Shown here in pieces: positions 34,201 to 42,931 of a stretch of DNA of 52,946 nucleotides (the stretch's first letter is position 1; each line of letters starts with the position of its first letter). The notes under the pieces are model-generated. The model was not told where the DNA came from. It saw only the letters and a program-made list of their open reading frames with translations, and made no database searches. Source of the DNA: a virus. Its lineage: Duplodnaviria > Caudoviricetes. The stretch spans positions 1 through 52,946 of IMG/VR virus record IMGVR_UViG_3300037991_003035; one strand, written 5' to 3'. The position numbers and the translations under genes are program-made.

Positions 34201-37040
34201 TTTGTTTGTTTAACTAAATCATCTGCGCCTTGTTTTCTTAATAAAGGTAATAGACTTTTAACAAAGTTTTGATTTTGTTTACTAAGCTTAGAAATGTCTA
34301 CATGGCTTTCTAAGTATTTATATATACCATCTTCAGCAAATATTTCTTCTATTTTTGTACGAATTTTAGAATGTTGACTTCCAAACTTATCATCGTTTAA
34401 TACATTGTCTACAAACTTTACAAGTCTTTCAGAATTGTCTAAAGATTGCATCATATCTCCTATGTGATACATAAATTCATTATTAAAAGATAGTTTTCCT
34501 TTTGGAAGATTATTGTTAGATGAAAACAATTCAGCTCCACCATCTAATAAACTTTTAATGCTTGATAAGAATTCTCCTTTATCAGTTAAATCACTATTTT
34601 TAATTGACACTTTATTTGCACCCGATGCTTTAATTTTTCCAGTTCCATATTTTATAACATAATCTACGGCACGTGTTAGTTCTGTAAATAAAGCTTCTCC
34701 TTCAAAATCATCTAAATCTAATTCAGCACCTTTTCCAATTCTTTTTAAAACAAATTGGTCATTTCCATATTCTTTACTTCTAGTTTTTACAGGTTTATAA
34801 GCATCAGGCAATTTATTATATATATCTAATATTTGATTTTCCATTTCTTCTATGGTGCCTTTAAAATTTTCTATTACTGGTTTAGCATAGGTTACAATTA
34901 AATCTCTTGGATTATCAGGTCTAACATCTAATCCTTTCATAGTATCACTAAATAATTGTACTTGGTCAGCAGTTAATTCATCAAATGTTTTAAAGGTGGT
35001 TTTTTTAGTAGTAAAATTAACATTATCATACAACATAATAAAATCTTGATATAAACTTCTTAAATTATCTACATCTTCTATAGCATTAACTTTATCACGT
35101 TCATCTTTTTTTATTTTCTTTTCTTTACCACCAACGTCTTTTAAATAATCATTTTGAATCATACCCCTGATAGTGTTTGCAGTTGGAGAGTTTTCGTCAA
35201 TACCAGCCATTCTCATACCTTCTATACCTGCTGTAGCGTTGTTGCTAATTAATTGTCTTCTAATATGATTATATATTGGATGGTCTATGTGTACTCCTAT
35301 AGCATCACCTAATTGTACTTGTTCTTTTATATGTTGAAATCTATCTCCAATTTTTTCTTCCCAAGGAGTTGTAGTGGTTGTCCATTCAGATGTTCCATCT
35401 CTTAAAGGTCTACCTTTATATGTCATTTTGTGACCACGTTTAAATAAGAAATATCCTAACACAGCTGTCATTTTCCAATTATCTTCATCTATAGATTGTC
35501 CAAAAAAGTAAGGAGATGCACCAGCCATTCCTAAAATAAATGCTCCAGCACCTTGTCTGAATTTAGTTTGTGCAAAATCTTGAAGAATTAATTTACCATA
35601 ATCCATACGAGCTGCGTTAATGTTTACAGACTTAGCTACACCATTAAGAGATAATTTCATATACTCAGCTGCTGCTTCAGCTCTTTTAATATCTATTTCT
35701 GTTGCACCTTCTTGAGCTCCACGTATTACTAGTTGTTTTAAATCATGTGGATTTTTTTTACCTTTTAACAATGTATCCATTTCTTTAGGCAATAATTTTC
35801 CTGCTTGTTCCATAGCGTGTAATACTGCAGGTTGGTGCATTCTTGCATATAACATATAAGCTGAAGTAACATCTTCACGAGATTTTTGAGCAACTTTTGT
35901 TGTTCCTTTAACATTTGTGCCTTTATAATAATTTCCATTATTTTTCATTAAACTAGCTATAGTATCTCTAGCTTCTTTATTCATAATGCTTAATGGACCT
36001 TTTGCTAAACCTCCTGGTATAAATCTAACACTAGCAGCTGCTGGACCAAACAATAATGCTTCAGCTAACATTTGTTTACCAGTATAAGGATTTTCTTCAC
36101 CTCTTATATTTCTAGAAGCCATCCAAGCTCCTTCTACCATAGTGTAATATAAAACGTCTTCTGCTGCATGACCAAACCAAATATCAGCTTTACTATATTC
36201 TTTCATACCTAATTTTCTTAATGGATTAAATTCTGTTAATAAATCAGGTAATGTGTTTATTGGTTTAAAACCTTCACTCCAATATTTACTTGCTTTTTTA
36301 TTAATTTCTTCAACAACGCTATTAACTATTCTTCCACTTTTATCTTTTGTTGCTCTACCAAAAGTATATCCTAAATCTTTACCAACTTTTTCTAAGTAAT
36401 TTCCAATACCATCATTGAATTTTTTTTGTACTTCTTCTGGTCCAAAACGTTTGCCGTAAAATCCAGCTCTTCTGGTATCGTCAAAATTGTTAACTGCTTT
36501 AAATAAATCATCTGAAGCGGCTACTTCATTTATAAATTTTTCAGCACTAATCTTTTCACTACCTTTCATAATAGTGACTCCACCTCTAGTTAGTGCTCCT
36601 GTTGCAATATCTTTTATATTATCAGTCGCATTAATTTGTTTTAAAATTTTAGTTTTACCTAAAGCTGTTCCTTTAGCTGCTTTACCTAGCCCTTTAATAC
36701 CCATTAAACCAAGTTTACCTACACCAACATAGGGAGTAAAAAACCCAGCTAAATTACCTAAAGCGTATGCATTACTATTTCTATTTGCATCTATACCTAA
36801 ACGACTTCCATCTGCAAAACCAAAACTTGCACTTTCAATTGCACCTCCTGCAAAATTTTCTAATGTTTGACCTATTCCTGTGCTTTTAATTGGTGATACA
36901 AATTTTCCTTCATCTGTTGTAGCGCTAGATAATGATTGTGATAAGCTTGTACCTAATGAATCAAGCATAGTTAATTCATTTGTTTGAGCTTGATTTTGAT
37001 TTCGTTCAGCTCGTAACTTTTCAAGTAACGTTTGTGCCAT
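28263..37040 (-). CDS. Giant (2925 aa) putative virion-associated two-barrel RNA polymerase / ejection protein
   Basis: YRNP (R2091) 40 aa before GDYDIDD (D2131-D2135, nt 30650-30636); upstream D1725...K1756...K1771...SGVK; downstream QKALDIS. Confidence 0.75.
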   Translation of the reverse strand: MAQTLLEKLRAERNQNQAQTNELTMLDSLGTSLSQSLSSATTDEGKFVSPIKSTGIGQTLENFAGGAIESASFGFADGSRLGIDANRNSNAYALGNLAGFFTPYVGVGKLGLMGIKGLGKAAKGTALGKTKILKQINATDNIKDIATGALTRGGVTIMKGSEKISAEKFINEVAASDDLFKAVNNFDDTRRAGFYGKRFGPEEVQKKFNDGIGNYLEKVGKDLGYTFGRATKDKSGRIVNSVVEEINKKASKYWSEGFKPINTLPDLLTEFNPLRKLGMKEYSKADIWFGHAAEDVLYYTMVEGAWMASRNIRGEENPYTGKQMLAEALLFGPAAASVRFIPGGLAKGPLSIMNKEARDTIASLMKNNGNYYKGTNVKGTTKVAQKSREDVTSAYMLYARMHQPAVLHAMEQAGKLLPKEMDTLLKGKKNPHDLKQLVIRGAQEGATEIDIKRAEAAAEYMKLSLNGVAKSVNINAARMDYGKLILQDFAQTKFRQGAGAFILGMAGASPYFFGQSIDEDNWKMTAVLGYFLFKRGHKMTYKGRPLRDGTSEWTTTTTPWEEKIGDRFQHIKEQVQLGDAIGVHIDHPIYNHIRRQLISNNATAGIEGMRMAGIDENSPTANTIRGMIQNDYLKDVGGKEKKIKKDERDKVNAIEDVDNLRSLYQDFIMLYDNVNFTTKKTTFKTFDELTADQVQLFSDTMKGLDVRPDNPRDLIVTYAKPVIENFKGTIEEMENQILDIYNKLPDAYKPVKTRSKEYGNDQFVLKRIGKGAELDLDDFEGEALFTELTRAVDYVIKYGTGKIKASGANKVSIKNSDLTDKGEFLSSIKSLLDGGAELFSSNNNLPKGKLSFNNEFMYHIGDMMQSLDNSERLVKFVDNVLNDDKFGSQHSKIRTKIEEIFAEDGIYKYLESHVDISKLSKQNQNFVKSLLPLLRKQGADDLVKQTKRKKLTNAQVNELRELFVEQDFGIFSRMKDRPNIPFLTFIGDLEWKNQWIKYQRYNVDGNLQSYTNVDRAILETFEEFSLIKGRSSNTIHMDIRILADLDISQHQKGVNFLKFLEDYESGESKKFLTSFINTIKSDNNLSASQADKAAKQLIMEVQEIIKPYILKTENGITTGHLTEVTDSSLYFKDINTLNSLKKSIEKIKTIKYNDNMNMFAQSLKKQVKDLEADNIDTIGKILKYIENSDDKFRKFYNHLNTAGFLSNERKLRSWKEMQKIDDSISSEKIYQDKMKQLFAEQERNIIDDMMAPKDKEEMLLDFDLNHSRELSESPNTISKLLIEYGEDSIIIGKHFKKAKDAVNIKEYLDAKYSVMKDDGRFVDNNGNRTHTKVFLQRLRENIIETNPLVDVEKLNQELIAIGANLENRVVLKTVTYDGSRGFSNYEDFQYQENLLLKSLRGIFEDGTLADKIVIMNNNGFANNVYRANRTLDDNEFFYQIANDLATGNHRFKSNRALKKGIDEEFDENDIDLESFKGILIRLNEKTNIVIRINDTNKKAGIDALDEIADRYVKWRKKNLGKNALDGLQENFYIRKHEDTGKYIFDIDAVPKNPDGSISGKKITQLIQPMMMDLTYGKKAMEFGLGEKTWLALRNATDEEQFKSLKRFKLHDNKSAKNIDSDQLRQIGEFIKDTKDPTLNKVATTINKVVNGDYKFVIVEDELPDGTINDMFSQRKRDIKQYKDEFNIDIEKELSDTEYNALSARDQRIYDAGRERLRQEDVSILDAASMKPTDLYDLEAMLLGTPLNQTSELSGVKYIGHKDVGDEIALMKTAGLHIPNQGAKNFPQEMMTAANQQNIIFIARSGVKDLVKGINSDLTSRIFSPNTAKDFNRTFDDTNSFQFNMNDISLLSSKGKKSGALPPNLTGFLTFAENGDEALNAFVSYNYTQNIRPYNTKAKNMNNSDRTGAIEDFLYLTEQNSNKLNADTNLRDSQPGVLQSLAKEGVDPYLFYDKYFDMFADEYVLNAKVKHGNNAVIQPDITGSLKSMIADETGVIRYGETTESYYAGQTEIDVDNFAIILKDKNDVDRLVHITELKDVMRDQELRKGLTPSSVKKLDDLVRNKPKKGSTLKDLVDYFEVVDDVQVASLTYRNPITRLGSVIIEGIKDIGSISEKNKKVVASGDVIHMLKGDYDIDDTISMYSQPADVWKGFNNLLGKKMYTQDTLGSPDNYKGFSLTDSDKFAELQNSKLNEAVIKGTGMNFPEILRFLTATQSRTPGVGGKPFPTNGLVMQIGKNTYIRVKENIDPIIGAKVDEYNQKALDISTGGYNIEKLGSKTTIMNDLFFSKDGIFERVDGEGLKLADEFQPHEMFAVREYVNIFSTYLRDSGGEFSTGRKRSASPSRRVKVIDNYDKDLALAKQSIEAKMKKLILSQSAGQGQKAWDDLYKDLYELDFGGHNINSSFTMRLAGQVSSKAYENALNLKNVSPRDYQNVLLRSLYEQNTTANKLQIKDRLDYQGPEFETLAFQFMDDASEATENIIKGVKNYHDASIKLQAIEEQYFSDLDKLKELQAGKKLEYGEDDFSGDALIKYYSSRTKGFDKKYSELKQEINNKLFKDLDENIKKELVARIKKIYDKHGKLSDKKLGELVNEKMKDFITEPRKYEETLSEFVGRSTAGVLNQRIASSGLQITEAQSKLIDNFVSQYKKEFYETTNGTSKLYGFQDYDSLQYDFDRQLYLIIQENGLADKIDIVLSRIMSPDIDIKSGKFVEFNGKYLFVSDDKSLSKRINLAIRFNNSHRVDIFNQKTEALQFNKDLAKTSRDVVDVLNGKKPNLESVVSDKVFIRNQEAFRAFTEYGNTHNDSVLRMTNILQDEINQSGMSRLSYYEQFYIGIGTGLYRSVARKGGLVGDSLIAHEFAGRGDYRVNGIAAIYEAIDKGVYVFEDVNSGLIPSDKPFVNRTKSNFMEWNEARYERIGKKCVKARGK

Positions 37041-37043
37041 ATT

Positions 37044-38462
37044 TTATTTTGTTAAATGTTGATTTATTAAGTCTTTTAAAAATGCATATTTATTTATTGC
37101 TGGGTCTGCTGAATCTTTATGTGCAATTTTATACAACTTTACAGATTCACTATTTAAATTAGCATTTGGACTCATTTGTTGATATTTGTTGATATTATCT
37201 ACTGCTATTCTTTCTAATATACCAGCTTCTAAATTAGCATTTTCTTCTAAAGCTTGAACTTTCTTTAAAGCTTCCATTAATTCTTTTGTGTCTAATTTAA
37301 AAATATCTTCAGTTATTATATTTTGACCTTCATTACCAACATTTGTAAATATTTTATTATACATAGACCCATATTTACTTTCTTTTTTATTAAATATTGC
37401 GGCTAATTCTGCATCGCTAAATACACTTGAGATATTGCTTTCTAATGTTAATCTATCCATATAATCATAGCCGTCAACATTTGCTAAAGTAAGCGTACCG
37501 TCGTCTTGTTGTACTTTTTCAACCAATGAACTTAAATTAGTTAAAGCATTATTTATTTCTTTATTATCTTTTTGTTCGTTATCGTATAATCTATTTGCTT
37601 CTATATCAAAAGCTTTCACAACATCAAATTGAAATTCTGGTAAAGGTTCAAATGTATCAATTACCATTTGTTCAGATTTACGTGCACTTAATATTTTTCT
37701 TTCATTGTCATCAATTTTTTTAATTATTTCAGTACCTTGTACTAAACGACCAATATTATGATTAGCAGATTGAATTGCTTTTCTATTGTTCAAACTATTT
37801 AAAATTACATTACCTTGTTCATCTCTTTCTAAATCAGGTCCATATAATCCTATGTTAGCAAAAGCTCCTTCATATTTATCTAAAAAACCACTATCTATAA
37901 TATCATCAAAATAACCAGAAACAATATTTGTAGCAGTAGGATTTAATATATATTGTGAAAAAGTTGCATAAAATTCTTTAGCTTGACCATCAGTAAATCC
38001 TTTGCTTTTTAAATGGGCAATAGTGTCTGCTCTATAATTTTGATTATTAAATGTTTGTTCTGTTAAATCTTGTTGTTGAGTTGGAAATGAAGTTCCTTCA
38101 GGTGGGTCAGTTTTTAATGCAACTTGAAACAAAGGTTCTACTGAAACCATAACATCAGCAATTTCGTCTTTTATATCTGTAAGATATTCATCTCTTTGAC
38201 TTTTTAACGCTGTAAGCAAATTTTGTTGCAACTTATCTCTTTCTAAAAACTCTTGATTGCTTTTTTGTATGTCTACTTGCTTATCAAGTGCGTTTGCTCT
38301 TTGTTTTTCTATTGCTAAACTTTCCATTTCTCTTAAAGCAGCTTCTCTTCCTCTTACATCTGCACCAGCAGCTTCTAATAGGTTTAATGCTTGTGCTTCT
38401 TCAGCTCTTCTTTCTCTAGCGTCAGCGTCTTGTATTGATTGTATTATGTCTAATATTGCCAT
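37044..38462 (-). CDS. Putative ejection/internal virion protein (472 aa)
   Basis: Coiled-coil N-terminus, no Cys; immediately upstream of the giant gene. Confidence 0.55.
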   Translation of the reverse strand: MAILDIIQSIQDADARERRAEEAQALNLLEAAGADVRGREAALREMESLAIEKQRANALDKQVDIQKSNQEFLERDKLQQNLLTALKSQRDEYLTDIKDEIADVMVSVEPLFQVALKTDPPEGTSFPTQQQDLTEQTFNNQNYRADTIAHLKSKGFTDGQAKEFYATFSQYILNPTATNIVSGYFDDIIDSGFLDKYEGAFANIGLYGPDLERDEQGNVILNSLNNRKAIQSANHNIGRLVQGTEIIKKIDDNERKILSARKSEQMVIDTFEPLPEFQFDVVKAFDIEANRLYDNEQKDNKEINNALTNLSSLVEKVQQDDGTLTLANVDGYDYMDRLTLESNISSVFSDAELAAIFNKKESKYGSMYNKIFTNVGNEGQNIITEDIFKLDTKELMEALKKVQALEENANLEAGILERIAVDNINKYQQMSPNANLNSESVKLYKIAHKDSADPAINKYAFLKDLINQHLTK

Positions 38463-38464
38463 CT

Positions 38465-38980
38465 TTAACTCACCATCCTATTTGCAAGATTTGATAAAAA
38501 TCCTCCACTTTTCTTTAAACTTTGATTTTGTCTTTTTCTTTTTTCTATATCAGCTTCAAGAGCACTAATTCTATTTAAAGAAGCTAATCTTTTATTTTGT
38601 ATAAATTTTTCTGTTTTCATAGTTAAAGCTTGAAGTTTATTTCCATAGTCTTGTTGTGTTTGCGCTTCTAATTCATCTAACATTTCTTCTTGCTCACCAT
38701 CAAACATAAAACCACTAGGATTACTATCTCTGCTTTTATCAATTTTATCTAAACTTCTTCTAACAGGTTCGCTTAAACTATCTATAGCAAATTGTTCATC
38801 TTCTTCAGCGGCTTCTATACTAAATTGTAAAGCATCTTCTTCTTGTCCTATTGCTTCACGATTAGTTTTTATAGCTGCGTTATTGTTTGATATTGTTCCA
38901 CTTGATATACTACTATCTGTAGCTGCTCCTGTTACATCTTCTAATATTCCTAAGCCATATGCTAATTTCTTAAATAACAT
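38465..38980 (-). CDS. Putative small ejection protein (171 aa)
   Basis: Amphipathic ends with a helical core; position in the ejection block. Confidence 0.5.
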   Translation of the reverse strand: MLFKKLAYGLGILEDVTGAATDSSISSGTISNNNAAIKTNREAIGQEEDALQFSIEAAEEDEQFAIDSLSEPVRRSLDKIDKSRDSNPSGFMFDGEQEEMLDELEAQTQQDYGNKLQALTMKTEKFIQNKRLASLNRISALEADIEKRKRQNQSLKKSGGFLSNLANRMVS

Positions 38981-39612
38981 TATTTATTTTCCTTTTTTCT
39001 AAATATTCCAAAGTTAAACATGTCTAAAATATTTGTTGGTTTTGGTGTTCCGTCTACTGTAAAATCAAATTCTGGTTTAAAATTTAAATCGTAACCATCG
39101 TTATAACCTATTACTTTACCATCTTTATCTTTAATAGCTAAATTATCCATCATACTTTGATAAACGCCTTTAAATTTATTTGATGAAGATAAATAGTCTT
39201 TCATAGTTCTAAAATCTGCATCACTAAATTCTACACCTTGTTTATTGACATTAATAGTTTTTCCTATGTCCATTAAACTTTTTCCATATTGTTTTCTATT
39301 TGCAATATCAATAGTTACTTCAGTTAATTTTGCATCTTCATTATCTTTATTTAATTGGTTGTATAAATCTTTACCAATCATAGCATCTCTTTTTTCTGCG
39401 TCTAATTTGTCAAACTCGTCTACAACATTAAACAATTTTAAACTACCTTTAGCAAAAGCATCAAATCTTTTTTGTCTATTAGTTTTGTCTAATGTGTCCA
39501 TTTTAGTATCAAAATCTAAAAGCTTAGTTTCTTGTTGTAAATCAAACGACTTATTAGAAGCTTCGGTTGCTCTTTCTCTAGATGATTTTATAGGTTTTTT
39601 ACTTTGATACAT
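38980..39612 (-). CDS. Putative internal virion protein (210 aa)
   Basis: First gene of the ejection block; GAGG RBS. Confidence 0.5.
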   Translation of the reverse strand: MYQSKKPIKSSRERATEASNKSFDLQQETKLLDFDTKMDTLDKTNRQKRFDAFAKGSLKLFNVVDEFDKLDAEKRDAMIGKDLYNQLNKDNEDAKLTEVTIDIANRKQYGKSLMDIGKTINVNKQGVEFSDADFRTMKDYLSSSNKFKGVYQSMMDNLAIKDKDGKVIGYNDGYDLNFKPEFDFTVDGTPKPTNILDMFNFGIFRKKENK

Positions 39613-39638
39613 AGAAGTTCCTCTAAACTTTTATAGTT

Positions 39639-39667
39639 AATTTAATTATTATCTGTTTAATATCCAA
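39639..39667 (-). promoter_or_regulatory. Sigma70-like promoter for the ejection-protein operon
   Basis: TTGGAT, 17-nt spacer, TAAATT in the 59-nt intergenic gap. Confidence 0.55.
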
Positions 39668-39671
39668 CAAT

Positions 39672-39959
39672 TTATTCTGTACGTGCCTTTACAAATTTTT
39701 TAGTTCTAGCAGAATCTTCAATAGGTCTTCCATCTGATAAATTAAGCCATCTATTATTTAACTTAACATATTGAAAAACTCTGTTTAAATTTCTAGGGTC
39801 TTGATAATATACTATATCACCATTTTGACCTGATTCACGACTAGGTACAGTATTAACAATTTGAGGTTTATTAGGAGCTATATGTCTTATTCTTCTTCTT
39901 GAGCTACCGCCTACTCCTCTACCTTCTAGTCTTGCAAACTTTTTTTCTGCTTGTTCCAT
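39672..39959 (-). CDS. Small tail-associated protein (95 aa)
   Basis: PSRESGQNGDIVYY...YVKLNNRW; follows the nozzle-like genes. Confidence 0.55.
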   Translation of the reverse strand: MEQAEKKFARLEGRGVGGSSRRRIRHIAPNKPQIVNTVPSRESGQNGDIVYYQDPRNLNRVFQYVKLNNRWLNLSDGRPIEDSARTKKFVKARTE

Positions 39960-41176
39960 TATTTAATACTCTTACGTCTAAAAATTATTGTTATATCATT
40001 TATTTCAAAATCGTGTGGTATTGTTTGTCCTGATACATTTGCCAACTCTATAGCAAAACTTCTTACACCATTTGCATTACTTGTGGTATTTAATTCTATT
40101 TCAGTCCAATTAGTACTACCATTTAAATATCTTGAAGTACCATCTCCAGTTACTCCTGTTATAGTATCACCACTATCATTAACAAAACTATGGCTAAAAT
40201 CTCCACCATCAATAGCATATTTAGGAACAATATTAACATTAGCTCCATTACCGCCTTTGTAAGTTATTCTTACTTTTGCTATTTTTTTTCTTGCTTGTGT
40301 TTGAAATATTAATTCTTTTGTTTGAACTTTATACGTTCCTACATCTCCTGTAACTGAATCGTTACTATCTAACTCGGGTTTAAATGGAACAACTGTAAGT
40401 TTAGCTGTATCATTTTCATAGCCAAATACTAAATTATTATCCCATATATTAACAATATTAGTTTTATCTTTTGCTAATAACCTACCAGTTCCTTTTGTCC
40501 AAGAACGTAATACCATATCATAAACTAATATGTCATCGGCATTTGTTGCTTCAAAACTTTTAACAAATAATACTTGTTTCGTAGATGGAATAAATCCTAC
40601 CATTGTTTTCCCATCTACATAAAAGTCTTCCCAAGTTTTTTTTGACAACGTTCTTATACCTTGTCTAATAGTAATTTCTACTACTTGTTGTCCGTTATAC
40701 ATGTAAGCACCTTGATTATTACACCAAACTACTCCATAATCTGTTTCTACAACTGCATTATGATGAGTAACGCCTTTAAATTTATGAGAAGATTCTAAAA
40801 ACTCTCTTGTTTTTGTAGCATTAATAATATGTAAAGTATTTTGTTTGTATTGTAATATTCTATCTGCAAAAGTAGCAAGTCTCACAATTTCTTCACCATC
40901 AGCAACAGCAACATCAATTCTTCTATCTAATGTAAATGAATCATATTTATTACTTTTACTTTTAAACATACTATCGCTTAAAACTCTTGTAGTGCCATCA
41001 GATTGAATTAATTCTACATTACCTATGTAAACTCTTGTATTTAATAAAACAGACGTTTTCCACTTAATACTAGATATGTGATTTTTTTCATCAAATATTC
41101 TATTTTGTCTAGGCGCAAAATCATGTGGGTCTCCTAAATGAAATTTACCTGGATTCATTAATGCGTAATTAGCCAA
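39959..41176 (-). CDS. Tail nozzle/stabilisation-like protein, C-terminal part (405 aa)
   Basis: Beta-propeller-like segments (GVVWCNNQGAYMYNG, ILVYDMVLRSWT); FEINDITIIFR end. Confidence 0.6.
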   Translation of the reverse strand: MANYALMNPGKFHLGDPHDFAPRQNRIFDEKNHISSIKWKTSVLLNTRVYIGNVELIQSDGTTRVLSDSMFKSKSNKYDSFTLDRRIDVAVADGEEIVRLATFADRILQYKQNTLHIINATKTREFLESSHKFKGVTHHNAVVETDYGVVWCNNQGAYMYNGQQVVEITIRQGIRTLSKKTWEDFYVDGKTMVGFIPSTKQVLFVKSFEATNADDILVYDMVLRSWTKGTGRLLAKDKTNIVNIWDNNLVFGYENDTAKLTVVPFKPELDSNDSVTGDVGTYKVQTKELIFQTQARKKIAKVRITYKGGNGANVNIVPKYAIDGGDFSHSFVNDSGDTITGVTGDGTSRYLNGSTNWTEIELNTTSNANGVRSFAIELANVSGQTIPHDFEINDITIIFRRKSIK

Positions 41177-42728
41177 TTTCTACCTCTTGCTCATATTCAT
41201 CAGGAGCTACGGCTCCACTATTACTTATAGTCATTGTATAAATGCCGCTATCTGCAATAACATTAAAGTTTTCATCTAACACCTGTACTCTAAATTCTCT
41301 ATCAGTTGCAGGACCTGGTAATGTAAAAGGAATATAGTAAACACTATCAGTATTATGATTAGGAGCTGTTCCAGTTTTCAAAGGTATTAAAGAATCATTT
41401 ACTGAACTAACATATAAAGGAGAAACTGCTCCACCCCACACTCTTAAAAAACCATATCTATTATCAAAACCGCTAGTAGAGTTATTATTTTTTAATTTTA
41501 CTCTTAAAAATACTTGAGAATAAGATTTACCTTGTGTGCTAGAATTGTAAGCACTACCACTTTCCATCCAACTAGTTCCAGTACCATCAACTTTATCGCT
41601 AAAATGTATTGCACTAGCAATAGTTGATTCATTACTCCAAATAGAAACACCTTCTCTTCTTACTTCTCCAGTTCCTTCGCCTCCAGGTTCAACATTGTCT
41701 CCAGCCCATATACCATGATTACCTTGGTTAGTAGCATCAAATACTTTCCAATAATGTTTACCGCCTTCACGCAAATCAGTATGTCTTAAAAAAGTCCATT
41801 CATCATCACCTTGTTCTTTAAAATACCAATTAATACCAATCATTCTATTTTCATTTCCTATAATATGATTTGTAGAAGGTGATATAGTATTACTTGTACC
41901 CATTGATATATAAACTTGAAAAGACATTCTATTTTCATATAAAGCCACAACTTCTTCAGTTTTGTTTATAAAGTTATTATAAATAGCTTCAACAGGACCT
42001 TCTTGATTTCCTTTATATATAACACTTGCTCCAAACACATAATTTCCAGTCCAGTCTCCTCCATCGTTTTTAATATAACCTAGTGTTACTTTTCCAGCAG
42101 TAGTACCTATTTGAGCTGCAGTTGGGTTTGCATCACTAATATCTAAAAGTTTTGTTTCACCATTTGTTAAAGCGTTTAACGTTCTAAATGTTTGGTTTCC
42201 ATCAGAAAACTTTTTAATATCATGCACATTATTAGTATTACCTGCTGTGCTTGTCCAATATAAAGTAGAATCTATATAACCAAACCATTTACTTGCTTCT
42301 CCATGACTAGCATCAGATATGCGCAACATACCTTCTGCGTAATAATAATTTGGTTTAATTGCACTACCAAATACTACTTCGTTACTTAAAAACCCTGGAC
42401 TATTGCCATTTTTATCTCTATAGTAAAACTTAACTTTATTGTCTGTTTTATTATAGATAGCTAAATAATCTTCTGGGTTATTATTGCTACTACTATCATA
42501 GTCTGTACTAAAGTAATGCAATCCGTATCCAGGTTGTATATCAGTATCTTCTAAACTATTTAAAGAAGGTAAAGCAGAACCCTTAGCTCCTATATTAATT
42601 AACTTTCCTACTTTATTTACAGATACACCATCAGCTTCCCTTAAATCTATTTCTTGTATATCTTTAGGGTCTGAGTTATCGTTTATACCACCATGAAAAC
42701 CAACTATTTTATATTCTTGTTTTGGCAT
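41169..42728 (-). CDS. Tail nozzle/stabilisation-like protein, N-terminal part (519 aa)
   Basis: MPKQEYKIVGFHGGINDNSDPKDI start resembles podovirus nozzle proteins (FxGGxN). Confidence 0.6.
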   Translation of the reverse strand: MPKQEYKIVGFHGGINDNSDPKDIQEIDLREADGVSVNKVGKLINIGAKGSALPSLNSLEDTDIQPGYGLHYFSTDYDSSSNNNPEDYLAIYNKTDNKVKFYYRDKNGNSPGFLSNEVVFGSAIKPNYYYAEGMLRISDASHGEASKWFGYIDSTLYWTSTAGNTNNVHDIKKFSDGNQTFRTLNALTNGETKLLDISDANPTAAQIGTTAGKVTLGYIKNDGGDWTGNYVFGASVIYKGNQEGPVEAIYNNFINKTEEVVALYENRMSFQVYISMGTSNTISPSTNHIIGNENRMIGINWYFKEQGDDEWTFLRHTDLREGGKHYWKVFDATNQGNHGIWAGDNVEPGGEGTGEVRREGVSIWSNESTIASAIHFSDKVDGTGTSWMESGSAYNSSTQGKSYSQVFLRVKLKNNNSTSGFDNRYGFLRVWGGAVSPLYVSSVNDSLIPLKTGTAPNHNTDSVYYIPFTLPGPATDREFRVQVLDENFNVIADSGIYTMTISNSGAVAPDEYEQEVEIG

Positions 42729-42731
42729 TGA

Positions 42732-42761
42732 CTAGCATCCACATCCACATTCACAGTTCAT
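42732..42761 (-). CDS. 9-aa Cys-rich micro-ORF MNCECGCGC
   Basis: AGGAGG-GCAAC-ATG AAC TGT GAA TGT GGA TGT GGA TGC TAG; fills the gap between two genes. Confidence 0.55.
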   Translation of the reverse strand: MNCECGCGC

Positions 42762-42770
42762 GTTGCCCTC

Positions 42771-42923
42771 CTATTTCAATGCTTTTTTAACTTCAGCCCA
42801 GATTTCATCGTCTAACTTATTATCAGACTTAGCAATAAAATAATCACCAAGTTTTAATAATACAGCTTTTAGAATCTTTTCACTTAAGAGGCTTGTAAGT
42901 AATTTACTAACTACAATATTCAT
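42771..42923 (-). CDS. Small amphipathic protein (50 aa; not in ORF track)
   Basis: MNIVVSKLLTSLLSEKILKAVLLKLGDYFIAKSDNKLDDEIWAEVKKALK; AGGAG RBS. Confidence 0.7.
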   Translation of the reverse strand: MNIVVSKLLTSLLSEKILKAVLLKLGDYFIAKSDNKLDDEIWAEVKKALK

Positions 42924-42931
42924 ATTATCTC

